The notes beneath the pieces were generated by a model that searched no databases, had not been told where the DNA came from, and saw only the letters and a program-made list of their open reading frames with translations. Both the position numbers and the translations under genes were made by a program. 64,000 nt of DNA. It comes from Spirulina sp. (lineage in GTDB: Bacteria > Cyanobacteriota > Cyanobacteriia > Phormidesmidales > Phormidesmidaceae). The first letter of the stretch is position 1; every line of letters begins with the position of its first letter. The stretch lies in assembly GCA_044070495.1 (NCBI GenBank), contig JBIPSI010000020.1, positions 32,001 through 96,000 on the forward strand, given 5' to 3'. This document shows positions 9,921 to 20,580 of this stretch, piece after piece.

Positions 9921-10260
9921 CTTGCCTCCGTTGGAAATCTGTCCAGTATTACTGAGCCTTCAAGATATCTTGCCTTTGGGTGCTTTTATCGCCGCCACAG
10001 AGCAGCAGGATAAGCGTACTACCAGTTTCGGCAAAGTAAACCCGGTAGCCAGGGCCATAGTCGATTTTTAGTTCTGATACCCCTTCGCCAACGGAGCGCA
10101 CATCTCCCAGGTTGCCTAGCTCAACTCGGGCGAGTCGTTTCTTGATTCTAGCTCTTGCCCTGATGTCGCGAAGACCATCTAGCCAGCTTACGAGCGGGCA
10201 ATGGCCATGCTCTGTTCCGTAGAGGATGAGTTCTCGTGGGGTGGCCTCCATGCCTGTCAT
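9907..10260 (-). pseudogene. RelE/ParE-family addiction-module killer with premature stop near the C-terminus
   Basis: GNLGDVRSVGEGVSELKIDYGPGYRVYF...LLCGGDKSTQ; TAA at 9949-9951, then YWTDFQRRQDESF to TAG 9907-9909, overlapping the antitoxin start. Confidence 0.8.
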
Positions 10261-10401
10261 GGGCGGTGGGCTGGATTTGGCGGCGGTTGATGCTTAGCAT
10301 TTTAGCAAGGGACATATAGAGCGCCTGCTGGAGGAAAGAGCTAACCGCATCTAAAATTAGATGAGATAAACGCTAGTTTTAGACAAGCCCAAAAAGCAGC
10401 C

Positions 10402-10746
10402 ATGGTTCAAGATGTGCGCTACGTAACCGATGAATTAGGGGAGTGGGTGGCGGTTTTGCTAGATTTAGCCACCTATCAACGGCTCATGGCTACTCATAAT
10501 GACCCGGATCTACTGGTGGGGCTAAGCAACGATGCACTGCTTGCCTTGGCGGAAAGCGCCCTGTCCCTAGCGGCTCAAAGCCAACTCCAGGATTTACTGA
10601 GCCGCCATGCCGACAGAGAACTGTTAGGCGATGACTTAGCAACCCTCGATCATCTCTTGGCAAGGGTGGATGACCTCAACCTGCTCAAGGCTAAAGCCCG
10701 CTACACCCTGGATTATCAAAGCTACCTCCATCCCCTATCCCAATGA
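10402..10746 (+). CDS. hypothetical antitoxin-like protein
   Basis: 114-aa ORF, VRYVTDELGEWVAVLLDLATY; stop overlaps the next start. Confidence 0.7.
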   Translation: MVQDVRYVTDELGEWVAVLLDLATYQRLMATHNDPDLLVGLSNDALLALAESALSLAAQSQLQDLLSRHADRELLGDDLATLDHLLARVDDLNLLKAKARYTLDYQSYLHPLSQ

Positions 10747-11003
10747 GTAAGCTCACTCTAGAAATTTCTAGCGACCTAGCCGAAGCCCTACGTTTGCCTG
10801 AGGATGAGCGTCTGTCTCGGCTTCAGCAAGAACTTGCGATTCGCCTTTACCAAAAAGGCTTATTATCCTTTGGTAAAGCCCGTGAATTGGCGGCTCTCAG
10901 CAAGTGGGATTTCCATGAACTGCTGAGTCAGGAAGGGATTGAACGCAGCTATGACGAGGAGGAACTGGAGGACGATCTTGCGACCCTGGAGGCTTTGGGT
11001 TGA
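10743..11003 (+). CDS. UPF0175 family antitoxin
   Basis: ELAIRLYQKGLLSFGKARELAALSKWDFHELL. Confidence 0.88.
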   Translation: MSKLTLEISSDLAEALRLPEDERLSRLQQELAIRLYQKGLLSFGKARELAALSKWDFHELLSQEGIERSYDEEELEDDLATLEALG

Positions 11004-11488
11004 AAGCGGTTTCTAATTCATCGGTGTTAATTGCCCTCAGCGCTATTCAGCAGCTTGATTTACTTCAGCAGCGGTTTCCAGACGGGATTTTGATTCCTCC
11101 TGCGGTGTGGCATGAGGTGGTCATCACGGGTGGCGGACGACCTGGCTCTCAAGCTGTAGCAACTGCGTCGTTTATTCAGGTTTGTTCTATCACCAATAGG
11201 CCGCTGGCCCAGGTTTTGCAGGCCGAGCTAGATTATGGCGAAGCTGAGGCGATTGCTCTGTTTCTGGAGAACCCCACCGATGCTTTGCTGCTAGATGAAA
11301 AAAGTGCGCGGCGAGTAGCCGCCAGAATGCGCTTGCCCGTGCTGGGAACGGTGGGGATTTTGATTTGGGCCAAACAGAATGGCCTAATTGCCAGCCTCAA
11401 GGAGCAATTAGATCGACTGACCAATCAGGGCGGTTTTCGCCTAGGGCAGCGAATTTACCATCGGGCCTTGCAGCAAGTAGGAGAATAG
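11000..11488 (+). CDS. DUF3368 PIN-domain protein
   Basis: AVSNSSVLI, LDYGEAEAI, LLLDEKSARR, GTVGIL; coupled to UPF0175. Confidence 0.88.
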   Translation: MKAVSNSSVLIALSAIQQLDLLQQRFPDGILIPPAVWHEVVITGGGRPGSQAVATASFIQVCSITNRPLAQVLQAELDYGEAEAIALFLENPTDALLLDEKSARRVAARMRLPVLGTVGILIWAKQNGLIASLKEQLDRLTNQGGFRLGQRIYHRALQQVGE

Positions 11489-11638
11489 GTTCTCTTATCT
11501 CGCTTTCGTTTCTGCGGCAGGGGCACCGCGCAGCATTCCTTCGGTACTGAGGTTTTCGCCTAGGGATTCCCAGCAGGAGAGGTGGATTGGTAATAGCTGT
11601 GGTATTCAAGTCTGTCTGGGTAGCTGTAGTTAGGTGGC

Positions 11639-11887
11639 TCAATAGCGCAGCCATTTGGTGAGCACACGCATGGGTCTGCCCGTTTTGGGGTCAATCTGAG
11701 GTTTACTCCAGGCTCTAGCTTCGGCAAAGCCCAGGCGATGGAGGATTTTGACCACCAAGTCGAGGCCAGTGGCGGAACCGATGATGGTAATGAGAATCGG
11801 TTCGCGACTGGGCTGGGTAGGCGCAGGGTCGCTGGGTGGAGCGCTGTAGATTTCGCTGTTGGGGATGAATTCTTCTGACATAAGCAC
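11639..11887 (-). CDS. small hypothetical protein divergent from an XRE regulator
   Basis: REPILITIIGS...LHRLGFAEARAWSKP; the start may be 11881. Confidence 0.7.
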   Translation of the reverse strand: MLMSEEFIPNSEIYSAPPSDPAPTQPSREPILITIIGSATGLDLVVKILHRLGFAEARAWSKPQIDPKTGRPMRVLTKWLRY

Positions 11888-11896
11888 ACCAGGTCA

Positions 11897-11952
11897 ATGT
11901 AGTCACAAGTGTGACATTAGCACAGGCGCGATGTATCCACAAGTGTGACATT
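11897..11952. promoter_or_regulatory. tandem operator-like sites
   Basis: ATGTAGTCACAAGTGTGACATT (11897-11918) and ATGTATCCACAAGTGTGACATT (11931-11952); the first contains the palindrome GTCAC-N4-GTGAC. Confidence 0.7.
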
Positions 11953-11985
11953 TACCTTCGCGTGCGGCTCTGACAAGATTAGGGC

Positions 11986-12234
11986 ATGGGAAGGGCAAGC
12001 GACGCACTGAAGCAGGTTTTAGACACCTACAGCATTAGCCAGAACAAGCTGGCGGTGACGATGGGCATTAGTCGCGCCAATGTGGGGCGCTGGTACCATG
12101 GGCTTGACCCCAGTGCTGAAAACATTGCTCAGATTACCCAGGCACTTAAAACCCTGAACCCCCTGGCGGCTAAGGAGTTTGTTAAGCTCTATCTAGGTAA
12201 CCTTGTCGAAGATGACCAGGCTAGCGAGTCATAG
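11986..12234 (+). CDS. XRE-family HTH transcriptional regulator
   Basis: LKQVLDTYSISQNKLAVTMGISRANVGRWYHG. Confidence 0.9.
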   Translation: MGRASDALKQVLDTYSISQNKLAVTMGISRANVGRWYHGLDPSAENIAQITQALKTLNPLAAKEFVKLYLGNLVEDDQASES

Positions 12235-12259
12235 GTGATGGGCTTTTGGATGAATCTCT

Positions 12260-12380
12260 ATGAAGGCAACAGCGTTTGACCAAAAGTTTGACGAGGGCCA
12301 AGAGGACATTATCGATGACCTCGACTTATCTCAACTCAAACGCCCTGGGTACGAACAGCGGCGCATTGATTTCCCAATTT
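12260..12380 (+). pseudogene. truncated second copy of the BrnA antitoxin
   Basis: Near-identical to 9100-9225 (MKATAFDQKFDEGQEDIIDDLDLSQLKRPGYEQR), then similarity ends. Confidence 0.85.
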
Positions 12381-12407
12381 TAGATACTAAGCTCAAAGAT
12401 AAAGCCG

Positions 12408-12656
12408 ATGACTCAACTCAGTGCTCTAGAAATACCTGATGCCCTCTATACCCAAATTCAGGGTATGGCCTTGTCTCAGTCTCGCTCTATGAACGAGCAA
12501 ATTGTGGCACTACTTCAGCGGGCGCTAGACATTGAAGCCCAGCGGCATAGCCAAGCAAAAATCTTACAAGAGATTCATCAAGCACGATGGACACCTCCTG
12601 AAATCGTCCCCGACAGCGTAACCCTTTTACGAGAAATTCGGGGATACGATGAGTGA
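12408..12656 (+). CDS. FitA/RHH-like antitoxin
   Basis: IPDALYTQIQGMALSQSRSMNEQIVALL...DSVTLLREIR; overlaps vapC. Confidence 0.8.
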   Translation: MTQLSALEIPDALYTQIQGMALSQSRSMNEQIVALLQRALDIEAQRHSQAKILQEIHQARWTPPEIVPDSVTLLREIRGYDE

Positions 12657-13083
12657 CCCCACCCGCTGCGTGGTTGATGCTAGCGTTGCTATTAAGCTTT
12701 TCATCGAGCAAGAAGGATCGGCCCAAGCCGAAGCGCTCTTTGACCAACTCAGTACCCAACCAGGCACCGAGTTGTATGTACCGGATCTGTTTTTTGCTGA
12801 ATGTGCCAATGTGCTCTGGCAGTATGTGCGCCGGGTCAACTACCCGCCGGATAAAGCAAAAGCAAGTTTGGCTCGGCTGAAGACGTTGTCTTTGCAGACG
12901 GTCGCTATTCAAGACGTTGTCAGTGAAGCGTTAGAGATTGCGATTACCCACAACATTTCAGCCTATGATGCCTGCTATGTTGAATTATCTGAACGCTTGC
13001 AGTTGCCTCTAGTGACCGCCGATCAGAAATTGATTCGTGCGCTTGCAGGTACGAATTACCAAATTCAAAACTTGATGGATTGA
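12649..13083 (+). CDS. vapC: VapC PIN-domain toxin
   Basis: VVDASVAIK, ECANVLW, SAYDACYV, LVTADQKL. Confidence 0.92.
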   Translation: MSDPTRCVVDASVAIKLFIEQEGSAQAEALFDQLSTQPGTELYVPDLFFAECANVLWQYVRRVNYPPDKAKASLARLKTLSLQTVAIQDVVSEALEIAITHNISAYDACYVELSERLQLPLVTADQKLIRALAGTNYQIQNLMD

Positions 13084-13298
13084 AATCGAGAATATTTTTT
13101 CGGCTGAGGGCAATACGCTCGAATATCTTCTGATCCCAGTGTTAGCAAAGCCAGAGTCTCCCCCGACTCAGCCACAAATTCTACTTCAAAAGCTTGTCTG
13201 TCCGCGTAGCAATGAACAATCGCACCCCGACTACCCTTCGATAAGCCATGCTCAGGTATATCGTGGGTCAGCATAACGACATCGAGTTCTTTAATCAT
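13065..13298 (-). CDS. DUF4926 family protein
   Basis: MIKELDVVMLTHDIPEHGL..GSRGAIVH...FEVEF..GETLAL. Confidence 0.85.
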   Translation of the reverse strand: MIKELDVVMLTHDIPEHGLSKGSRGAIVHCYADRQAFEVEFVAESGETLALLTLGSEDIRAYCPQPKKYSRFQSIKF

Positions 13299-13302
13299 GT
13301 CG

Positions 13303-13545
13303 TCACCTTGTTCTTGCTTCTGGGGAAGGTGCGCCACGCAGCATTCCTTCGGTACTGAGGTCTTCGTCGAGGGATTCCCAATGAATGCCGTAGCCGCCGC
13401 TGCAAATTTCCCACTGGGCAAGCTGTTCGGGTGGGGCATTCAACAGACGCGGATACCAAACCAGCGGCACGGTAACGGTGCGGCCATCCATTAAATCAAC
13501 GCTGATGGTGTCTTCTGCGAAGTGGATATCTTTGACCGTAATAAT
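13303..13545 (-). pseudogene. DUF2442 family protein, probably 5'-truncated
   Basis: VKDIHFAEDTISVDLMDGRTVTVPLVWYPRLL...GYGIHWESLDEDLSTEGML; in-frame TGA at 13546-13548 and no ATG before the conserved region. Confidence 0.7.
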
Positions 13546-13995
13546 TCACTCCCCTCCTGGCTAAATCGCTATAACCTTTTATCTCTCATTCAAAGGTAGG
13601 GGTGGTGTGAACAGTTGCCTTTAGCGTCCTTTACCCTTTACCCGCTTACTGGAAGATACAACTTTAATAGCCTGCCTTATAAGACTTCCAAGCAAGATAC
13701 CAAAAAAGGGGAAGTGTGATAGGCCATAATGGAAGAATTACTCCGAGAATCAAGAATATAACAGTCCTGAATTTAACAGTATTTGCTTGTTCCGCAGCCA
13801 TAGTGACTCCTCCTGCATCAGCCTACATTAGCTAAACATGTTTCAATTTTCAACAATCTATGACGCAATCATTGAATTGACAAAGAGCATATCTAAGACT
13901 AACCCAAGCCAAGAGATATGAATCTGCGCATTATTGAAATTTAAATCAAGTAAAGTCCTATTAGATTATACTATCTAAATGTTCTCTCAAGTCGT

Positions 13996-14718
13996 TTAGC
14001 GAGATTTAAACCACAAAATCCCCCTCTTTACTCCTGCATTAACGTCATCTAATATACTTTTAACATCCTTCACTGTATTAAACAGGCCATTGCCAATTGA
14101 ATCGCCAATATCACCAATATCTTCTATCACCTTTTGCTCTCGCCTAAAAATAGTGTAGTCGGATGAGCCTGGAAGCATTCTAAAATTAGCCTCATACAAT
14201 GCGGTACAGCTTTCTGCATAAGGCAAAAGATTATATACTTCTTCTCCCTTCCTTAAAGAGTTCAGCGCATCTTGACCAGCAGTTGTAGTCGCAGTAAATA
14301 GAGATGTGTAAGTTGAAATATTTTTGTGCCATTCTAAATTACTACCTTGTGAAAACCCCTGCGATTGGTTTGGCTTCTGAATGACTTGGCTGATGATTTC
14401 CCCTGCGGCTGTCTTTGCTATTACAATTGTTCCTTTGGCGATTTCCGCTCTCCACTTACGTGCCTGCTCAACTCTGGCCTTGAAAGTGGTGCTTATCGGC
14501 AGAGAAAGCTCGCCTTCAATGAGAAGATAATCATGAATATTAGCGAATTTAGCTTTTGCAGCAGAACCATGAAACTCTTGTTCAGTTTCAACTATCCAGA
14601 CTTTTTCGTTTTTCTTTAAATCCTCTTCTGAAAGAAGCTTTACCCAACAACTCGGACAAAATAAAAGTCCTTCCCAGACCCTTTGATTGCAATTTTCGCA
14701 ACGAATTCGATTTTCCAC
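13996..14718 (-). CDS. hypothetical protein with N-terminal zinc ribbon, low GC
   Basis: CENC...CPSC; 240-aa AT-rich ORF. Confidence 0.7.
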   Translation of the reverse strand: MENRIRCENCNQRVWEGLLFCPSCWVKLLSEEDLKKNEKVWIVETEQEFHGSAAKAKFANIHDYLLIEGELSLPISTTFKARVEQARKWRAEIAKGTIVIAKTAAGEIISQVIQKPNQSQGFSQGSNLEWHKNISTYTSLFTATTTAGQDALNSLRKGEEVYNLLPYAESCTALYEANFRMLPGSSDYTIFRREQKVIEDIGDIGDSIGNGLFNTVKDVKSILDDVNAGVKRGILWFKSR

Positions 14719-14757
14719 CCTAAGTATCCTCCTGAAAATAAGTCAAACTCAAAAAGT

Positions 14758-15465
14758 CTATTTTGAAGTGAGAACAAGTTTTAGCACCTCCTCGAGATGT
14801 TCTAGACCGCAACCAATAGGACTACCCGCCCATTCAACTAGGGCACTAACTCGATCTGCCTGTGGAGATGTCGCAGAAGGAATATTTCCAGAGGGTACCT
14901 CTAGTCCAAACACAACTCGATTAAATTGAGGTGGCGGTAAACTAGAAAGTATTTGATAGAGTTGACTTAGCTTATTAAAGCGCTCAAGCTTTCGTTTCTT
15001 GTCAAGATATGCACAAGCTGCTGGATCCCCAAGTTCTGCAAGCAGGATTAGCTTCAGTTCTTCAGTGTCAAGTCCCAAGTTTTCAAGTACTCGATTTGCC
15101 ACTCCTTCTCCATCTCGGATAATTGCCAGCAACAAATGCTCAGTTCCTTGATAACCATGACCAAGCTTTCTTGACTCTTCCAATGCAAACTCTAAGATTC
15201 TCTTTGCCCTTGGGGTAAATGGAATTTCTTCTGCTACAGCGTCATTTCCAAATCCAATAATTTGCTCTACCTGGACTCGAGAATTATGCCAGTTAACACC
15301 ATATGAATTTAGTATCTTGGCAGCAATCCCACTTCCTTCACCAATGAGTCCAACCAAAATTTGTTCAGAGCCAACAAAATTATGTTTTAGACGACGGGAC
15401 TCTTGTTGAGCAATCATAATCGCCTTGATTGATTCATTAGTAAAATGTTCAAACATCATTCTCAA
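14758..15465 (-). CDS. Clp N-terminal (ClpC repeat) domain fused to a small C-terminal helical domain
   Basis: [37 protein letters not shown]...[11 protein letters not shown]...GTEHLLLAI; no AAA+ module. Confidence 0.85.
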   Translation of the reverse strand: MRMMFEHFTNESIKAIMIAQQESRRLKHNFVGSEQILVGLIGEGSGIAAKILNSYGVNWHNSRVQVEQIIGFGNDAVAEEIPFTPRAKRILEFALEESRKLGHGYQGTEHLLLAIIRDGEGVANRVLENLGLDTEELKLILLAELGDPAACAYLDKKRKLERFNKLSQLYQILSSLPPPQFNRVVFGLEVPSGNIPSATSPQADRVSALVEWAGSPIGCGLEHLEEVLKLVLTSK

Positions 15466-15763
15466 CTGGGGGATCTTCCGGGGTCAGGGGGATAAGACAA
15501 GCTAATGTCTAGGCACAGCAAAGCTTTCAGCAGGCTCAATACAAACACTACGTATCGAATGATACGGTTTTAACCGCAGATCCGGCAGAACCTAACTAAC
15601 TGGCCCTGTGCAGTAAATGAGGAAGTTTTTATTTTTATAGTAATGTTACACACATATTATCACATCTAATTTCCACAGAAATTAGAGCAAATCCTTGATT
15701 ACAACCCTTACTTATCCTATAGACAAGAATCGATCAGTCAAACAGGGACTGCTAAATTCTAGC

Positions 15764-15801
15764 TTAGCAAAAGGGATAGACGCAAACGCCTATCCCCCCT
15801 T
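15764..15801 (-). terminator. intrinsic terminator downstream of chlN
   Basis: Minus strand GGGATAGGCG-TTTG-CGTCTATCCC-TTTT. Confidence 0.65.
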
Positions 15802-15942
15802 GGGATTTCGAGTTTGTATGCCTCGCCCGTTAAGTCAGTGAGGCTCAGCCATGAGATGCACCTAGCGCCCATCGGTCTAGAGCAGCATGCTTAAGCGGGA
15901 AGCGCTGCTTGCCAAAGGTAGGTGCTCATGAAAATTACGTGT

Positions 15943-17875
<1,933 letters not shown>

Positions 17876-17980
17876 AGATCCTCGTGGGCGGGGTTCGCCA
17901 ATCTCTAGTTCAGAGATGGATTAAACCAGAAAACCGTACCGGGAGTCAGTGATATACCAGTGATTTGCTAGGGAGATTCG

Positions 17981-18328
17981 CTATAAATCAGAGCCATCGG
18001 ACAGTAGGGGATGATCTTCGTTGGCTTCGATGGTGGTCGTTTCTTCGCCGTTGTCCAAAATCATCTCTGGGTCGAAATTGAGACCCAACACCTGTACCAG
18101 GGCGTCTTCATCAGAGTTGAGCTGATAGAAGGGCACCATCAGGTTCGAGAGCTTTGGCTCTAGGGCATTGACCACCCCCAAAATCAGGAAAGAGGACGGT
18201 CGGCGGCCCCCATCGGGCGTACGGACAGAGGTTTGCTGCATTTGGATGGTCAACCAGCCGCGATTGGCTTGCACATAGTCCAACCACTTCTGGCGGATGA
18301 CCTGGGTAAAGTTCTCAAAAAAGGCCAT
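17981..18328 (-). CDS. DUF5331 family protein (paralog)
   Basis: MAFFENF...KWLDYVQANRGW...RRPSSFLILG...LGLNFDPE. Confidence 0.85.
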   Translation of the reverse strand: MAFFENFTQVIRQKWLDYVQANRGWLTIQMQQTSVRTPDGGRRPSSFLILGVVNALEPKLSNLMVPFYQLNSDEDALVQVLGLNFDPEMILDNGEETTTIEANEDHPLLSDGSDL

Positions 18329-18429
18329 AATCCTGCCTCGTTTGCTAAGTTGAATGGCTGCGTACCGATGATAATGCAGCCCTTCCAAATCAGAACTTTA
18401 TCCGGTGAGATCTTTGCAGCGGGGGGGAT

Positions 18430-18527
18430 GCCCTCACCCTAAATCCCTCTCCCAAGCTGGGAGAGGGACTTTGAAATTGTCTTCCGGCTCCCCTCTCCTC
18501 CCTGGGAGAGGGGCTGGGGGTGAGGGC
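18430..18527. repeat. double-hairpin dispersed repeat (reverse orientation of 1551-1645)
   Basis: GCCCTCACCCTAAATCCCTCTCCC..GGGAGAGGGACTTTGA...CCCCTCTCC..GGGAGAGGGG..GGGGGTGAGGGC. Confidence 0.9.
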
Positions 18528-18535
18528 CGATAGGA

Positions 18536-19417
18536 TCAAACCATCATCAGATCCAGCTCCTCCACCTCCTGCTTGGGGGCATCGGCGGGGGGATTGAGGT
18601 AGAAGTCCGACAGCAGGCTGAATAGGTCGCGGTCGGGGGTTTCGGTGGGTACTACGCCTTCGGGACGGGCCAGGATTTGGTCGGCGATGTTGAGGTAGTA
18701 CTGGCAGACGGGTTCCAGGGCGGGATCGGTTTCCGCCATTTCAAACACCGTCTTACCCTTCACGCGGGAGATGCGGATGTCTTCAATCAGCGGCAGAATC
18801 TCCAGCACGGGCATGGGCACATGCTCGACGTACTTGTCGATCAAATCCCGCTTGGAGGTGCGGTTGCCGATCAAGCCTGCCAGCCGCAGGGGGTGAGTAC
18901 GGGCCTTCTCGCGTACCGAAGCCGCAATACGATTGGCGGCAAACAGGGCATCAAAGCCGTTGTCGGTGACGATCATGCAGTAGTCGGAATAATTCAACGG
19001 GGCCGCAAACCCACCGCAAACCACGTCGCCCAGCACGTCAAACAAAATCACGTCAAACTCGTCGAAGGCGTTCAGTTCCTTCAGCAGCTTCACGGTTTCG
19101 CCCACCACATAGCCACCGCAGCCTGCCCCCGCCGGAGGCCCACCCGCTTCCACGCAATGCACGCCGCCATAACCCTTGTAGATCACATCCTCCGCCCACA
19201 CGTTCTCGTAATGGAAATCTTTTTCTTGCAGCGTGTCGATGATGGTGGGAATCAGAAACCCGGTGAGGGTAAAGGTGCTGTCGTGCTTGGGGTCGCAGCC
19301 AATTTGCAACACCTTGCGACCCCGCTTAGCCAGGGCCACGGAAATATTGCAACTGGTGGTGGACTTGCCAATGCCCCCTTTTCCATAAACAGCGAGCTTG
19401 AGTGTCTGGTTGTCCAT
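18536..19417 (-). CDS. chlL: DPOR iron-sulfur ATP-binding subunit
   Basis: [42 protein letters not shown]; start MDNQTLK. Confidence 0.97.
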   Translation of the reverse strand: MDNQTLKLAVYGKGGIGKSTTSCNISVALAKRGRKVLQIGCDPKHDSTFTLTGFLIPTIIDTLQEKDFHYENVWAEDVIYKGYGGVHCVEAGGPPAGAGCGGYVVGETVKLLKELNAFDEFDVILFDVLGDVVCGGFAAPLNYSDYCMIVTDNGFDALFAANRIAASVREKARTHPLRLAGLIGNRTSKRDLIDKYVEHVPMPVLEILPLIEDIRISRVKGKTVFEMAETDPALEPVCQYYLNIADQILARPEGVVPTETPDRDLFSLLSDFYLNPPADAPKQEVEELDLMMV

Positions 19418-19455
19418 AGGGATGACGCGATGTAGGTAGGGCAAACGAGAAGTGG

Positions 19456-19564
19456 GATCCCCCCTAGCCCCCCTTGTTAAGGGGGGAACTGGAGTCAAAC
19501 TCCCTTTTTGGGAAGGGGGAATCAGAGTCAAAGTCCCCCTTCCCAAGGGGGATTTAGGGGGATC
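19456..19564. repeat. triple C/G-run hairpin dispersed repeat
   Basis: GATCCCCCCTAGCCCCCCTT..AAGGGGGG...AAAGTCCCCCTT..AAGGGGGATTTAGGGGGATC upstream of chlL. Confidence 0.8.
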
Positions 19565-20049
19565 AAATCTAGGCAACAGTTCACCCAGGGGCACCTTGCG
19601 GTTTGGGGATAGGCCACCCGCAACGGCAGGGCACCCCCAGAGGATCTGTTTTCAAACTTGGTCTACGTCGATGGGGTCTGACGCAGCCCAGGGTGTTTCG
19701 GCTGTTTGGATTATGCGCACAGCCCCAGAGCCTTGAGAAGGGGCGTTGAGAACGACTAGGGGCGTAAATCAGTCCTTAATAGACTAAATCGATTTTAAGC
19801 AGCTTTCCTAGCCTCAAAATCTGATTCAAGGATTTATAAATCCTAAAAATCAGTTTTGTGTAAATATTAAAATTAAATTAGAACAATAACAAAAACCAAA
19901 TCCTTAAATCTTTTAGCGCAGAATATTTCCGCCTAGGTAGTGGCAATCGGGCCATCCTCCCGCCTAGGCCGTTGCCCGCCAAACCTGGCCAACGCCCAAA
20001 CCATCAAAGGGTCAGGTCTTCTGTCCCTGGGTGTCTGACATTCTCAAGG

Positions 20050-20134
20050 GTAGGTTGGGTGCAGTGAAGCGAAACCCAACGCTCACGGAGGTTTTGGGGC
20101 TTGTTGGGTTCTGCTATCGCGCCACCCAACCTAC
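20050..20134. repeat. GTAG-type REP doublet (REPIN-like), 85 bp
   Basis: GTAGGTTGGGT...AACCCAAC...GTTGGGTT...ACCCAACCTAC; second copy at 26140-26224. Confidence 0.85.
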
Positions 20135-20580
20135 GAGAAATCAAGGCCTCGCGGAGTTGTATCAGTCAGCCAGATCCTGACCTCTAACGTCTCCCAATGC
20201 TGTAGAGGACAGCCCGATGCAGAATCTTTGGCCCATCGCGTAGGGTGCATTCGCGAAGCAATGCACCACCCAGCAGTTTCGACCGAGTCATCAGCCTGAC
20301 AGGCTCGTTGATTCGGTTCTTGGCCTGTCGCGATCCCTGGCCGCGATTCAACGAAATCGAACTTTCTCTATAGATTTGTAAAACTTTTGTCTGTGCAACG
20401 AACTGTTGCCGATTGTGTGGAGATAGTTGCAATCCTCTTTCTCCCACTGGCCCCATGCAGGAGGTGAGTCTCAGTGGTGGATGGGGTCAGGAATTTTTGG
20501 CGCTGGCCGAGCCGTTCGATGGGGCGATGGTTGTGGATCAACCCTAGCAATGGCGGTTTTCTCCGGCATTTCTCAGGAAG

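Noticed and set aside
13560..15940. Integron attC sites around the low-GC genes
   Set aside because: Isolated GTTRRRY-like words occur, but I found no paired R''/R' boxes and no integrase.
19418..19594. N-terminal extension of ChlL
   Set aside because: It is derived from the hairpin repeat at 19456-19564.
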